From the NCBI GenBank assembly GCA_045863295.1, contig BTWA01000007.1, forward strand, positions 77,889 through 141,888: a stretch of DNA of 64,000 nt, in the 5' to 3' direction. Every line of letters starts with the position of its first letter. Position 1 is the stretch's first letter. This document shows positions 55,022 to 64,000 of this stretch, piece by piece. This stretch comes from Candidatus Hydrogenedentota bacterium. Its GTDB lineage: Bacteria; Hydrogenedentota; Hydrogenedentia; Hydrogenedentales; SLHB01. The translations under genes and the position numbers were made by a program. The notes below the pieces were generated by a model that saw only the letters and a list, made by a program, of their open reading frames with translations, was not told the DNA's origin and made no database searches.

Positions 55022-56317
55022 CTACAGGTACCACGGTTCGCGGTATGCGCGTGACCGGAGCCGGTTTCCTTCGTCGTCTCCAATACATTCTTCCTTGACC
55101 GGGTCCCATTTGATGGGGCGGCCGAGGCGTTTGCAGATATTGGCGACGTGGCATGACGAGATGGACCGATGCGCCACTTCTCCGTTTGAAATACATTCGG
55201 TTCGAGTTTTCACGCAATCGAGAAACGCTCGAATGTGATTATCCGGCGGATAGCCTCCTTCAAAGCCCCGGTTGCCGAGCAGCGATTTAGGATAGGTTTC
55301 CACGATGCCGTCGTCGCCGGTTTCGACCCAGCCCTCGGTACCTTCGAATCGCACCGGGCAGGAGCCGAAGCGTAAACCGGTGCGAATGACCAGCTTTACG
55401 CCATTGGCGTAGCGGCCGCAATACCGGTCGCCTTCTTTCCAATACTCGATGGGGCTGGTATCGTCGGCGTTGTTTGCCCATTGGCACAGGTCCACGGTAT
55501 GGCTTCCCCATTCACAGATGGACGCGCCGCTGAAGTCGACGTGATTGCTCCAGAAACCGCGTGTCGGATATTTGGCATTGTAGGGACGCCATGCGGCCGG
55601 CCCCAGCCAGCGGTTCCAGTCAAACACTTCCTTGGGCGGCTCTGGTTCTTCGGGCAGCACTTCGTAGTTGAACGTTTGCCATCCGCCCGCCTCTTCTGCA
55701 TGAACTTCCTTTAATTCGCCCAGCTTTCCGCTACGGGCCAGTTCGCACGCGAAAATAAAGTTACCGATGCTTCTCCGTTGCGTTCCGCACTGGAAGATGC
55801 GTCCGAGGCGTTTCATGGTATCGGCCACCGCGCGCGATTCGGTAATGCACACACTCAATGGCTTTTCACAATACATATCCTTGCCTGCACGCGCGGCCAT
55901 GATAGATACGCCGGAGTGCCAATTGTCGCCGGTGGCAATCAAGCACGCATCAATGTCTTTCCGGTCCAGCAATTCCATCATGTCGATGTAGGCTTTGCAG
56001 TCCTGATTGCCGTACGTTTGATTGACGTGGTTCTTTCCGCCCTCACGCCGATCTCCGAACGAGTCGCATACGGCGACCACTTGCACATCCGGCTGAGCCA
56101 TGAACGCGCGCATAACGCCTTGGCCGCGTCCCCCCAGGCCGATGACGCCCAGCGTAATTCGTTCGCTGGCCGCCGCCCGGTCCGCGGCCCCCAACGCTTT
56201 TGAGGTGATGACGGTCGGTGCGGCCACCACGCTTCCTGCTGCCACGGCCGCGCCTTTTAGAAAGCGCCGCCGTGTCCAATTCGCTGCTTGAATCTTTTTC
56301 ACGATTCCTTCCCTCAT
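55022..56317 (-). CDS. Gfo/Idh/MocA-family NAD(P)-dependent oxidoreductase with Tat signal
   Basis: Internal start MREGIVKKIQAANWTRRRFLKGAAVAAGSVVAAP (RRxFLK twin-arginine motif). Rossmann GVIGLGGRGQG and EKP motif (MYCEKPLS) are characteristic of the family. Confidence 0.85.
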   Translation of the reverse strand: MREGIVKKIQAANWTRRRFLKGAAVAAGSVVAAPTVITSKALGAADRAAASERITLGVIGLGGRGQGVMRAFMAQPDVQVVAVCDSFGDRREGGKNHVNQTYGNQDCKAYIDMMELLDRKDIDACLIATGDNWHSGVSIMAARAGKDMYCEKPLSVCITESRAVADTMKRLGRIFQCGTQRRSIGNFIFACELARSGKLGELKEVHAEEAGGWQTFNYEVLPEEPEPPKEVFDWNRWLGPAAWRPYNAKYPTRGFWSNHVDFSGASICEWGSHTVDLCQWANNADDTSPIEYWKEGDRYCGRYANGVKLVIRTGLRFGSCPVRFEGTEGWVETGDDGIVETYPKSLLGNRGFEGGYPPDNHIRAFLDCVKTRTECISNGEVAHRSISSCHVANICKRLGRPIKWDPVKEECIGDDEGNRLRSRAYREPWYL

Positions 56318-56561
56318 GTTGCACCCGTTACTTCGGTGTCCAAAGCTCCCCGCCATGGATGCCCAAACATGTCTTTAACAGTACTCCTTCCCGAGCGGCC
56401 GTGTAAATGCCGCAACTTGCCATGGCTTCACCTTGTTTGGACGGGACTGGAGGGGTATAGTGAGCTTGGAAGGGCGGGTAGCCAAAGTTGGATTCTGCGT
56501 ATCATGAAAGGAGTCCCTGACGTCGAGTCTCCCTGAGATTAGCCATCGCGGAATTGCCGTA

Positions 56562-57278
56562 GTGTCGTTCGCGGTTGTCTACGGTGTATTGACCCACTTC
56601 ATCTTTGCGGTTGCCGTGACGGTAATGAGTATTGGGCTTTACACTGGACTGAGTTCAGGTTGGGGACGACTTGACGGCTGGCTTGCCGTGTTGGCCAATC
56701 TGCTTCTCCTTGTTCAGTTTCCGATAGTACATTCGTATTTGCTTTCCACGCAGGGCCGTAAAGTATTGTCCCGATTGTCGCCCATGCGACTTGGAGCGGA
56801 CCTTGCGCCTACCAGTTTTGTTTTATTTGCCAGTCTTCAACTTATCATGACATTTGTTTTGTGGTCGCCAAGCGGGGTGGTTTTAGGGGGCAACGAATTC
56901 GAAAGATGGTTGTTTCGCGCGTTCTTTGTTGGAAGTTGGATTTTCTTATTGAAAAGCTTGGCCGATGCCGGGCTCGGTCTGCAGACGGGTTACATCGGTT
57001 GGGTATCCGTAGCCCGCGGCAAACCTGTCGACTATGGCGCGTTTCCCACTAGCGGATTGTTTCGCTTTTGCCGCCATCCGGTTTATTTGGGATTTGCGCT
57101 GGTATTGTGGACGGCGCCTGTCCATACCTTCGATGGACTTTTGCTTGCCGTTATTTGGTCCGCCTATTGTGTCATCGCGCCGCGATTTAAAGAAGAACGC
57201 TATCTCAAGTGGCACGGCGATTCCTATCGCCTTTATCGAGACTCCGTACCCTATATGATCCCACGATTCCGCGGGTGA
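56562..57278 (+). CDS. Membrane methyltransferase of the ICMT/PEMT (isoprenylcysteine carboxyl / phospholipid methyltransferase) family
   Basis: Multi-TM protein with the C-terminal signature GLFRFCRHPVYLGFALVLW and ...EERYLKWHGDSY, the AdoMet-binding region of this family. Confidence 0.7.
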   Translation: MSFAVVYGVLTHFIFAVAVTVMSIGLYTGLSSGWGRLDGWLAVLANLLLLVQFPIVHSYLLSTQGRKVLSRLSPMRLGADLAPTSFVLFASLQLIMTFVLWSPSGVVLGGNEFERWLFRAFFVGSWIFLLKSLADAGLGLQTGYIGWVSVARGKPVDYGAFPTSGLFRFCRHPVYLGFALVLWTAPVHTFDGLLLAVIWSAYCVIAPRFKEERYLKWHGDSYRLYRDSVPYMIPRFRG

Positions 57279-57282
57279 CGCG

Positions 57283-57789
57283 CTACCGCATTCCCTGTAT
57301 TTTCCGGACTTCATCTACAAAACCATGCGGACACTCTGGCGTCACAACGAAGGTGCGATGCAAGGTGCGGATAACGACGGATTTGGATGGATTCGTCGCG
57401 TAGGCTCGGTAGGTACCCAGCCTCTTGTTGCGGAATAGACCGGAGAAACAGAACAATCCCCCATTGCCCCATAGGCGGATGGATCGCGTCATGGCTTCCG
57501 GGTCGGCTTCAACAGAAGTCAATTCGCTTGTGTCGATAGTAGAATGCCAACCGAGACGCCTTATCAGAATTGCGTTCTTGGTGAGCTTGTAGCCGCGTAT
57601 AACAAAGATTGCGCAGGAAACGACAGTAGCCATCGGCAGGAGCACCATGACTGCCATCCAGGCTGGGTTGCTGCGGGGCCCCGAGAAGGTCGCTATAAGT
57701 GGAATGCCCACCAGTAATGCGGTAGAGAGTGTGGAAATTAGTTTAAGCGCTGTACTCCAGGGTGCCGCGTACTCGACCGGTTTTTCCAT
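57283..57789 (-). CDS. Membrane protein with bacterial PH-like (bPH/DUF304-type) domain
   Basis: Two N-terminal TM helices are followed by YKLTKNAILIRRLGWHSTIDTSELTSVEADP, resembling YdbT/bPH_2 domains. The call is tentative. Confidence 0.45.
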   Translation of the reverse strand: MEKPVEYAAPWSTALKLISTLSTALLVGIPLIATFSGPRSNPAWMAVMVLLPMATVVSCAIFVIRGYKLTKNAILIRRLGWHSTIDTSELTSVEADPEAMTRSIRLWGNGGLFCFSGLFRNKRLGTYRAYATNPSKSVVIRTLHRTFVVTPECPHGFVDEVRKIQGMR

Positions 57790-58113
57790 GTTGACTCGTT
57801 TCCGTCCTTTGATTCGGATCTTCCATTCGCCATCAAGTATACCAGTTGTTTGGTGTGTATTTGAGAGCGCGTAACTGTATTGTCTTCATTTTAGCCTGTT
57901 TACAGAAGGGAATCTATTGACAAACCTCATGGAATCCACTTATAACCACCACCATTTAGCTTCACGATCGCTGACTTTTGAATTGTTGCGAGCATAATTC
58001 AAGGATTGTAACTTCCTAAAAACCATGCGAAACTGGTTGGTATCCGGAACTTTTGTCGCCTGACCGTGTTCCAATTGCGTCAGTCCGGCGTTGCCGAAAG
58101 GAATCGACCGCTT

Positions 58114-58788
58114 ATGCATTTTTCATCTTCGGCCCTAACCCGCCGGTCCCTGATTAAGGGAATTGCCGCTGGTGCGGTCTCATTCTCGAGCCCCGGGGTG
58201 TTTGCGGAGGCATTGTCCTTGACCCCCGCGCAAACAGAAGGTCCTTTTTACCCAGACCGTCTTCCTCTCGATACCGACAACGACTTATTAGTCATCAATG
58301 ACAGTATTCATTCGGCGGTGGGTGAAGTGACCCATTTGACGGGGCGGATTCTGGACTCCCAGGGCAATCCCCTTCGCAATGCCCTCGTGGAGATCTGGCA
58401 AGTCGACAACAATGGGGTGTATATCCATACGAAAAGCCCAAGCCGCGACAAGTTGGACGGCAATTTTCAAGGATTTGGGCGATTTCTGACTGGGAAAAGC
58501 GGAGAGTATTATTTTCGGACGATCAAGCCCGTGCCGTATGCGCCGGGTCAAGGTGGTCGACCGCCCCATATTCACATGGCGGTCGAGGTGAAGGGGCAAG
58601 AGACTTTCACGACCCAATGCTATGTGAAAGGGCACCCGTTGAACGAGGGGGATGGCGTATTGCGTGGCTTGCACGAGCAGGCCCAGCGCGATCGCCTCAT
58701 GGTCGAGTTTGCGGCATTGCCGGAATCACCGGCTGGCGAATTGTCAGCGGTGTTTGACGTTGTTCTCGGGCTTACGCCGGAACATTGA
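58114..58788 (+). CDS. Intradiol ring-cleavage dioxygenase family protein (protocatechuate 3,4-dioxygenase beta-subunit-like) with Tat signal
   Basis: Internal start MHFSSSALTRRSLIKGIAAGAV. TEGPFYP, RILDSQGNPLRNALVEIWQVDNNGVY and PPHIHM (Fe-ligand His/Tyr region) match Dioxygenase_C. Confidence 0.8.
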   Translation: MHFSSSALTRRSLIKGIAAGAVSFSSPGVFAEALSLTPAQTEGPFYPDRLPLDTDNDLLVINDSIHSAVGEVTHLTGRILDSQGNPLRNALVEIWQVDNNGVYIHTKSPSRDKLDGNFQGFGRFLTGKSGEYYFRTIKPVPYAPGQGGRPPHIHMAVEVKGQETFTTQCYVKGHPLNEGDGVLRGLHEQAQRDRLMVEFAALPESPAGELSAVFDVVLGLTPEH

Positions 58789-58863
58789 CACGACAAATTA
58801 CCTGTTCAAAGACAGCCTTTGTGCGGGTGGTGAATCGGGCAATTCACAACAGGAGACGGCCAA

Positions 58864-59646
58864 ATGGTTACGAAGCGATCTTGGGTACCGTTAAGAGGCG
58901 TGCGTTGGGCCTTGATGGGAGCTGCATGTGCGGCGCTTTGCATAGGCGGCATACAGGCTTCGGCGCAGCCGGGCGGCGGCGGCGGGGGAGGCGGCGGACT
59001 CGATCCGGCTAAGCGTGAAGCAGCCTGGTTGTTGCAGGCGAAGGGTGTAGCGAAAGAGCTTGCTCTGAGCGACGAGAACACAGGGAAACTTGCGGACGCA
59101 TACAAGACCAGCCGGCAAGCGTTGGAAGATGCAGTGCAATCGGGTGACGGCCAGGGCCGCGGCGGCCGCGAGCGCTTTTCCGCGATGCAGGAACTGGCCA
59201 AGCAGCACCGGGACAAGTTCAAGACGGACGTGTCGGCGTTTTTGACGGAAGAACAGGCGACCAAGGCGATGGCGACGCTTGGTTCCTTCGATCGCCAGTG
59301 GGATCGCATGGTGGACACGCTTTCGGGCCTTGGGTTGGAGCAGGAGAAGTTGGACAAATCGCTGGCACTTGTTTCCGCGTACGTGGCGGAAGCGAGTGCA
59401 GAGCGCGAGAAGGCGATGTCCAGCGGCGATTTCCAATCCTTGCGCACAGTGTTGGGTCCAGTTCGCGAGAAGTTGGACAAGGGCTTGAAAGAATTGCTTT
59501 CGGAAGAGCAGTTGATGAAGTGGACTGAAGCGACTGCAATGCGTGGCCGCGGCGGTCCTGGAGGTCCTGGCGGCCCCGGAGTTCCTGGCGTTCCCGGCGC
59601 TCCTGGCGGCGGTGAAGGTGGCGAACGCCGGCGTTCGGAGAACTAG
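58864..59646 (+). CDS. Secreted Gly-rich protein with LTXXQ (Spy/CpxP-like) motifs
   Basis: Signal peptide, then a poly-Gly tract (AQPGGGGGGGGGLDP). Helical core with FLTEEQATKA and LLSEEQLMKW. The C-terminus is a (GGP/GVP)n tract (GPGGPGGPGVPGVPGAPGGGEGG). Confidence 0.45.
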   Translation: MVTKRSWVPLRGVRWALMGAACAALCIGGIQASAQPGGGGGGGGGLDPAKREAAWLLQAKGVAKELALSDENTGKLADAYKTSRQALEDAVQSGDGQGRGGRERFSAMQELAKQHRDKFKTDVSAFLTEEQATKAMATLGSFDRQWDRMVDTLSGLGLEQEKLDKSLALVSAYVAEASAEREKAMSSGDFQSLRTVLGPVREKLDKGLKELLSEEQLMKWTEATAMRGRGGPGGPGGPGVPGVPGAPGGGEGGERRRSEN

Positions 59647-59862
59647 AGCCGGTCTCGATAGTCGAAGCTAATCTCGGATGGGAGTCCATGACATCATGGG
59701 CTCCCAATTTTAGTTTGGTGGCACTTTTCGTCATTGGTGGCGCGGCCGGCGCAAGGTCCGAGGTTTGGACCGGTGAATCCTCGCACCCAAAAGAATGACT
59801 TGCCGTGGACTCAGCCGGTATCATAAATTCGCAGAGGAACTTTGGGGAAAGGATTAGCAGCG

Positions 59863-62202
59863 ATGTCGACCTTAGTCATGCGAGCCGTATGTGTATTGGC
59901 TATTCCACTTATGTCTGTTGGTTTTTCCATGGCAACTGGGGAGACTGTGGAGCAGTCGTCCGTTTTTTGGCGCCCTCAACCTGATGCGGTTTATCTTCAG
60001 GAGTTTGGGGAGAAGGTTGCGACCGAGTTTCCCGTGAGTGACGTGGTTGCCCTTGACGACACGGTTCTCGCGCTGGCCAATGGGAAAGTCCACAGACTCA
60101 GCGGTACAACTCTCGTACCCGCCGCGGACGCGCCGGAAGGAGTCACGCGATTGCGGGTTTTGAACGGTGCGATCTGGTCCGTTGGAAAATCCGGAGTGTA
60201 TCGGCTTGAAGTTGGAAAGTGGAATCGGATTGCCGAAGGCGAGTACGTGGATGCTTGCCTGCACTTGGGGGCTGTACATGTGGCCACTCGCGATGAAATC
60301 TATCGCATTGACACGGATCAGATAGTCAACATCAAGCCCGAGGGTGGGTATTTGTCCAATGACAGCACGGTGCTTATGGAGGACTTTACGCAGGTGCTGG
60401 CGGATCCGGTCCGGATTGGTCCGATTGAACGTATCATGTCCTATAGCGGCACGCTGTACCTACTGCGGCCGGGTGGTCTGGCACTGTTGAACATGGGTCA
60501 ATATGTGGAAGATCCGATTGACTGGGGCACTTTGCCATCGCGTATCACGCGCGATGCGCTGTCGGCCGGCAACCGCCTTTATATTACAACGGATCGCGGA
60601 TTGGGTGTGTTGCGGGGTATGGCGCTAACCGTAGTTACCGGGGAAGAGGGGCTGCCCTATGAGGACACGACATGTTTGGCCGCGGGTTTTGACGGCGATC
60701 TGTGGATAGGCACGACGACCGGGGCCATTCGTCAGACGAGAGAAGGATTTCAGTATTTTGGCGCGCACCATTGGCTTCCCGGCGACTACGTCAATGCCAT
60801 AGCCGTGGGTGAGGATGTGGTCTACATTGCGACCAATTCGGGTCTTGGCGTGATTCGTTATGAACCGTACACATTGGCAAAGAAGGCGGCCTATTACGAG
60901 CGAGAGTTGGAGGAGTGGGGGCAAAAGCGGCTTGGATTCGTGCACAAGTTGTTTTGGTCGCGGGATGAGAATACGTGGATACGCGAAGTGAGCGACAACG
61001 ATGGCGGCCATACCTCTCATTACCTCGCGGCGATGTCGTTCAAGTATGCCGCAACGAATGACAAGCATGCGCGGGAGGAGGCGGTAAATGCCTTCAAAGC
61101 AATGGCTTGGTTGGATTCGATTACTCCGAAGCCGGGATTCATTGCGCGGGCCATATGGGCGGAGAATGTGGATAAAGGCAAGCGTGCTGAACGGGGTTCA
61201 GGCGGTTTGCCCGCTAAGTGGTATCCGTCGGACGATGGCCTCTGGCAGTGGAAGGGCGATACGTCCAGTGACGAGGTGAATGGGCATATTTACTCTGTTG
61301 CGCTGTTTCACGATCTGGTGGCGGAAGGCGCGGAGAAGGAACGCGCGAAAAAGCACATCGCCAACATAGCCTCGCATATCATGGACAACGGCTGGGTGCT
61401 GATGGATATGGATGGTAAACCCACGCGTTGGGGGCGGTGGGATCCCGATTATCTGTTGAGACCGTACGGTTACGTATCGAACGGCCTGAACGGGATGGAA
61501 GCGCAAACGTATATGTGGACAGCCTACGGATTGACGGGCGATTCCAAGTACATGGAGGGATTGGAACAGCTTATCCAGTGGCGGTATCACACGTTTACTG
61601 TCCGGCAGAAGTTGACATTTCCGCCGGATACCGTCGTGCCCTGGGATGATGAGTTGGCGTTTCGTTCCTATCACGCGTTGTTGACGCACTGCACCGACCC
61701 CGGATTGCGTTCGGTGTATCTACGCAGTATCGAGCGGTCATGGGAAGTGATGCGTATGCAGCACATTCCGTATTTCAATTTCATCTATGGCGCCATGACG
61801 GGCAACGATTGCGAAGAAGACCGGGCCGTGCAGTATTTGCGCGAATGGCCGGTGGATTTGGTGGGGCATAGTTACACCAACTCACACCGCCACGATCTTG
61901 CGCCTGAGCCGGGGTATGTTCCTTATGGTGGGGGCACGCGCGGCATTTCCCCGCGCGAGCAGGAGGCAATGTGGGGCAGCAAACCGACGATACTTTATGA
62001 CGGCGGTAGCGGTAGCCGGTCGGTCACGCCGCCAGTGGGCTGGCTTGAGGACTATTGGATGGGCCGTTACTACGGGTTCATTGAAGCCCCGGACATCAAG
62101 GACAAGAAACTAACGTCGATCGAGGAAAGGCCGTTCAAGCGGCAAGGCGCGGCACCCTACGATGGGCCTGCACGGCCGGATGATCAGATCATGGCGTATT
62201 GA
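59863..62202 (+). CDS. Secreted protein with N-terminal two-component-regulator-type beta-propeller (Reg_prop-like) region and roughly 450-aa C-terminal domain of unknown function
   Basis: Internal start MSTLVMRAVCVLAIPLMSVGFSMATGE. N-terminal repeats (YRLEVGKW; LYITTDRGLGVLRG; DLWIGTTTGAIRQT; VVYIATNSGLGVIRYEP) resemble regulator-propeller blades. The C-terminal half is Trp-rich (WQWKGD, RWGRWDPDY) with no recognised family. Confidence 0.55.
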   Translation: MSTLVMRAVCVLAIPLMSVGFSMATGETVEQSSVFWRPQPDAVYLQEFGEKVATEFPVSDVVALDDTVLALANGKVHRLSGTTLVPAADAPEGVTRLRVLNGAIWSVGKSGVYRLEVGKWNRIAEGEYVDACLHLGAVHVATRDEIYRIDTDQIVNIKPEGGYLSNDSTVLMEDFTQVLADPVRIGPIERIMSYSGTLYLLRPGGLALLNMGQYVEDPIDWGTLPSRITRDALSAGNRLYITTDRGLGVLRGMALTVVTGEEGLPYEDTTCLAAGFDGDLWIGTTTGAIRQTREGFQYFGAHHWLPGDYVNAIAVGEDVVYIATNSGLGVIRYEPYTLAKKAAYYERELEEWGQKRLGFVHKLFWSRDENTWIREVSDNDGGHTSHYLAAMSFKYAATNDKHAREEAVNAFKAMAWLDSITPKPGFIARAIWAENVDKGKRAERGSGGLPAKWYPSDDGLWQWKGDTSSDEVNGHIYSVALFHDLVAEGAEKERAKKHIANIASHIMDNGWVLMDMDGKPTRWGRWDPDYLLRPYGYVSNGLNGMEAQTYMWTAYGLTGDSKYMEGLEQLIQWRYHTFTVRQKLTFPPDTVVPWDDELAFRSYHALLTHCTDPGLRSVYLRSIERSWEVMRMQHIPYFNFIYGAMTGNDCEEDRAVQYLREWPVDLVGHSYTNSHRHDLAPEPGYVPYGGGTRGISPREQEAMWGSKPTILYDGGSGSRSVTPPVGWLEDYWMGRYYGFIEAPDIKDKKLTSIEERPFKRQGAAPYDGPARPDDQIMAY

Positions 62203-62366
62203 GTGCGGTCGCTGAGTCGACTTTTTTCAAAGTTGTTGCTGTGATCGCCGGTATTGAATGGTTTGCCCTTACAGGGTGCACATGAAATACCGACGGCGAT
62301 GCACGCTGGGAAGCGCATTGTAAGTTTCTTTACCACGCCCACCGTTCGCGTGGTGAAAGACGACTG

Positions 62367-63677
62367 TTAGCTTTCGTCCGCGCCTCGAATGGGCTCGGTT
62401 TTGAGTTGGAGGTATTGCTTGGTGGATTCGGGGGAGGATTGTTTCCATTCCCACTTGCCGGGTTCGAAGAGAAGAGTCAAGTTTTCGATATCACTTTCGA
62501 TTACACCCATGAGACCGTTTTGATTGAGCGGGTCCAGACTGTAGTTCTTTTCCGACAAGTGATAGTCGGGCACATTACACGTGACGGAGTATTCTTCGCG
62601 GGGCAGATTCTTGATCGTGAAATTGCCTTGTGGGTCTACCTCGGCCATGGCCCAGTCCCACGCCCGTTCACGGGAGAACATCACTTTCGTACCTTCCGGT
62701 ACTTGTGCGCCGTCGGATAGGACAATTCTGCCGGTAACCGTGTGGCCACGCTGGGTTTCCAAGACACCGACATCGAGGATGTCGTTTTCTTTGTCTATTC
62801 TAAGTATCTTTTCCCTAACGACTCCATCTTCAATGGGTGTGCTCAATTGGCTGTATACGGTGTATTCGAATTGCGATGGGACGTTTGCAAAGACAAACGT
62901 TCCATCGCTTCCTGTTGCCACTTCCATCTCGCCGAGAAACGTATCGGAGGCGTGACTGGTTTGTGTGATGCCCATGGATACGCCGGCGACGGGTTTTCCG
63001 TTATTCAACACTTTGCCGGTGACTGTCGAGCCGAATTGCAGTGACAGGTCATGCGTTTTATCACCGGCCGCCAGTTCGGGGAAGTTCTTTTTTGCCAGTC
63101 CGGTTGCTTCCACGCTTACGCTCAATTTTACGCCGGGCTTCTCCGATGTAATCATGAAGACGCCTTCGGCATTGGTTGCTGCAAGCGCGTCGATTCCATC
63201 GAGGCCACCGAATCGGGTGGAGTTTTCGAAGTGGATGGCAAAAGGCTCGATCACCGCGCCTGCGACGGGCTTGCCCTGGGGATTCAATACGCGGCCACGC
63301 AACACATGGCCGGTCTTGAGACGTTCCGGGTCACGTGCCACCAGTTTTGCGAGCACGGGTCCCAATTCAGGGTCCGTGTTCTCGATAAACTGTGGAGTGT
63401 AGTTTTCTTCCACGATGAGTAACTTGAACAACAGTGATGGATCGACATCGGGCAGGGTAAAAGTGCCATCGGCCTTGGTGGTATCACGTTTGGCACAGTC
63501 GAGGTAGCAGGAAGGGCAGAGTACGCCTTGGCCCACGCGGGGTTTGGCTGTATACACTTTGACCATCGCACCCTGCACGGGTATTTCGTCTTCGTTGTAA
63601 ATCGTGCCGGTGATATCGAGTGCGAATGCGTGTGCAGAGAGGGTTATGGCCGAAAAGACGGAAATGCAGCGGGTCAT
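62367..63677 (-). CDS. Secreted protein with multiple carboxypeptidase-regulatory-like (CarboxypepD_reg) domains
   Basis: Signal peptide MTRCISVFSAITLSAHAFA. Repeats ITGTIYNEDEIPVQGAMVKVY, LRGRVLNPQGKPVAGAVIEPF, VTGKVLNNGKPVAGVSMGI and VTGRIVLSDGAQVPEGTKVMF follow the same pattern as in 23698..26631. Confidence 0.65.
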   Translation of the reverse strand: MTRCISVFSAITLSAHAFALDITGTIYNEDEIPVQGAMVKVYTAKPRVGQGVLCPSCYLDCAKRDTTKADGTFTLPDVDPSLLFKLLIVEENYTPQFIENTDPELGPVLAKLVARDPERLKTGHVLRGRVLNPQGKPVAGAVIEPFAIHFENSTRFGGLDGIDALAATNAEGVFMITSEKPGVKLSVSVEATGLAKKNFPELAAGDKTHDLSLQFGSTVTGKVLNNGKPVAGVSMGITQTSHASDTFLGEMEVATGSDGTFVFANVPSQFEYTVYSQLSTPIEDGVVREKILRIDKENDILDVGVLETQRGHTVTGRIVLSDGAQVPEGTKVMFSRERAWDWAMAEVDPQGNFTIKNLPREEYSVTCNVPDYHLSEKNYSLDPLNQNGLMGVIESDIENLTLLFEPGKWEWKQSSPESTKQYLQLKTEPIRGADES

Positions 63678-63781
63678 TCCGGTATCTCCCTGACATACGG
63701 TGTCTGTGTTTGCCTAATAGGATTATATGCCAACTGGGGCAATTTGGAAAGCTGCTTGTTAGCCGGTCAGGGACAATCCCG

Positions 63782-64000
63782 TTAGTCCGTGTTCTCGGTC
63801 ACTTCGAGGGTGGGTTGGGATGAGATCAGCAGTTTATCGATTCGTTGCCCGTCCATGTCCATTACTTCGAAGCGCCATCCTGCACATTCAAACGATTCTC
63901 CGGCACTGGGGATTTTGTTGAACTGGGTCAAGGCGAAACCGGCCACCGTTTCAAACGTGTGGCTTTCTTCGTCCGGTAATTCATCGATACTCAGTATGCG
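63782..64000 (-). CDS. C-terminal fragment of a CNNM/CorC/HlyC-family transporter (CorC_HlyC transporter-associated domain); 5' part lies beyond the window end
   Basis: Hand translation of the minus strand gives RILSIDELPDEESHTFETVAGFALTQFNKIPSAGESFECAGWRFEVMDMDGQRIDKLLISSQPTLEVTENTD*, matching the conserved CorC_HlyC C-terminal domain pattern (...TvgGlv...lgriP..Ge.fe..g..feV...d..RI.kv.i). The stop is at 63782-63784. Confidence 0.7.
   Translation of the reverse strand, partial: RILSIDELPDEESHTFETVAGFALTQFNKIPSAGESFECAGWRFEVMDMDGQRIDKLLISSQPTLEVTENTD

Noticed and set aside
62210-62230. Possible terminator gtcgctgagtcgac + TTTTTT after the beta-propeller protein gene
   Set aside because: Stem is only about 4 bp. 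Too weak to call, although the T6 run is suggestive.
1-64000. CRISPR arrays, tRNA/rRNA genes, IS elements/transposases/integrases
   Set aside because: No regularly spaced direct repeats, no cloverleaf-compatible 70-90-nt segments in intergenic regions, and no DDE/tyrosine/serine recombinase-like translations were found by inspection. The absence of an integrase is noted as a weakness of the integrative-element interpretation of the 22.0-26.7-kb segment.

Overview
High-GC window (about 60%, with lower-GC blocks) whose gene content points to Planctomycetota or a closely related PVC-group genome. Evidence: a DUF1553/PSCyt (CxxCH) gene paired with a DUF1501 gene, many Tat/Sec-secreted hydrolases, Gfo/Idh/MocA oxidoreductases, and no Bacteroidota SusC/D genes. 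Main protein-coding content, in order:
- a partial secreted Asp-rich Ca-binding repeat protein;
- a polysaccharide-degradation locus with two heparinase II/III-like lyases and two tandem paralogous glycoside-hydrolase-like genes;
- an RRM RNA-binding protein;
- an NO-detoxification-like module: truncated haemoglobin, [2Fe-2S]-FAD-NAD reductase, and a divergent NsrR/Rrf2 regulator;
- an FAH-family hydrolase;
- an operon of a sodium:solute symporter, a class-III aminotransferase and an M81 (MlrC-like) peptidase;
- an esterase;
- a roughly 4.6-kb segment bracketed by an imperfect direct repeat of a gene's 3' end, with low-GC hypothetical secreted genes and a 982-aa protein of tandem CarboxypepD_reg domains;
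- a glycoside-hydrolase-like TIM barrel fused to a YVTN beta-propeller;
- the DUF1501/DUF1553 pair and a DUF362 protein;
- a DUF4091-like hydrolase, a DUF900 lipoprotein hydrolase, and a TlpA-like protein with a CPC site;
- a hybrid histidine kinase with a His-rich membrane sensor plus a REC-HD-GYP regulator;
- a TetR-regulated RND tripartite efflux operon whose last gene is overlapped by a 975-aa FGE-sulfatase/BNR-propeller/MORN-variant fusion;
- a HEAT-repeat/VOC/Gfo-Idh-MocA operon;
- an ICMT-like methyltransferase, a PH-domain protein, and an intradiol dioxygenase;
- a Gly-rich LTXXQ protein, a beta-propeller protein, a second CarboxypepD_reg protein, and a partial CorC/HlyC transporter C-terminus.
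No rRNA, tRNA, CRISPR array, transposase or integrase was recognised. All calls come from reading the provided translations and the sequence; no database searches were run.
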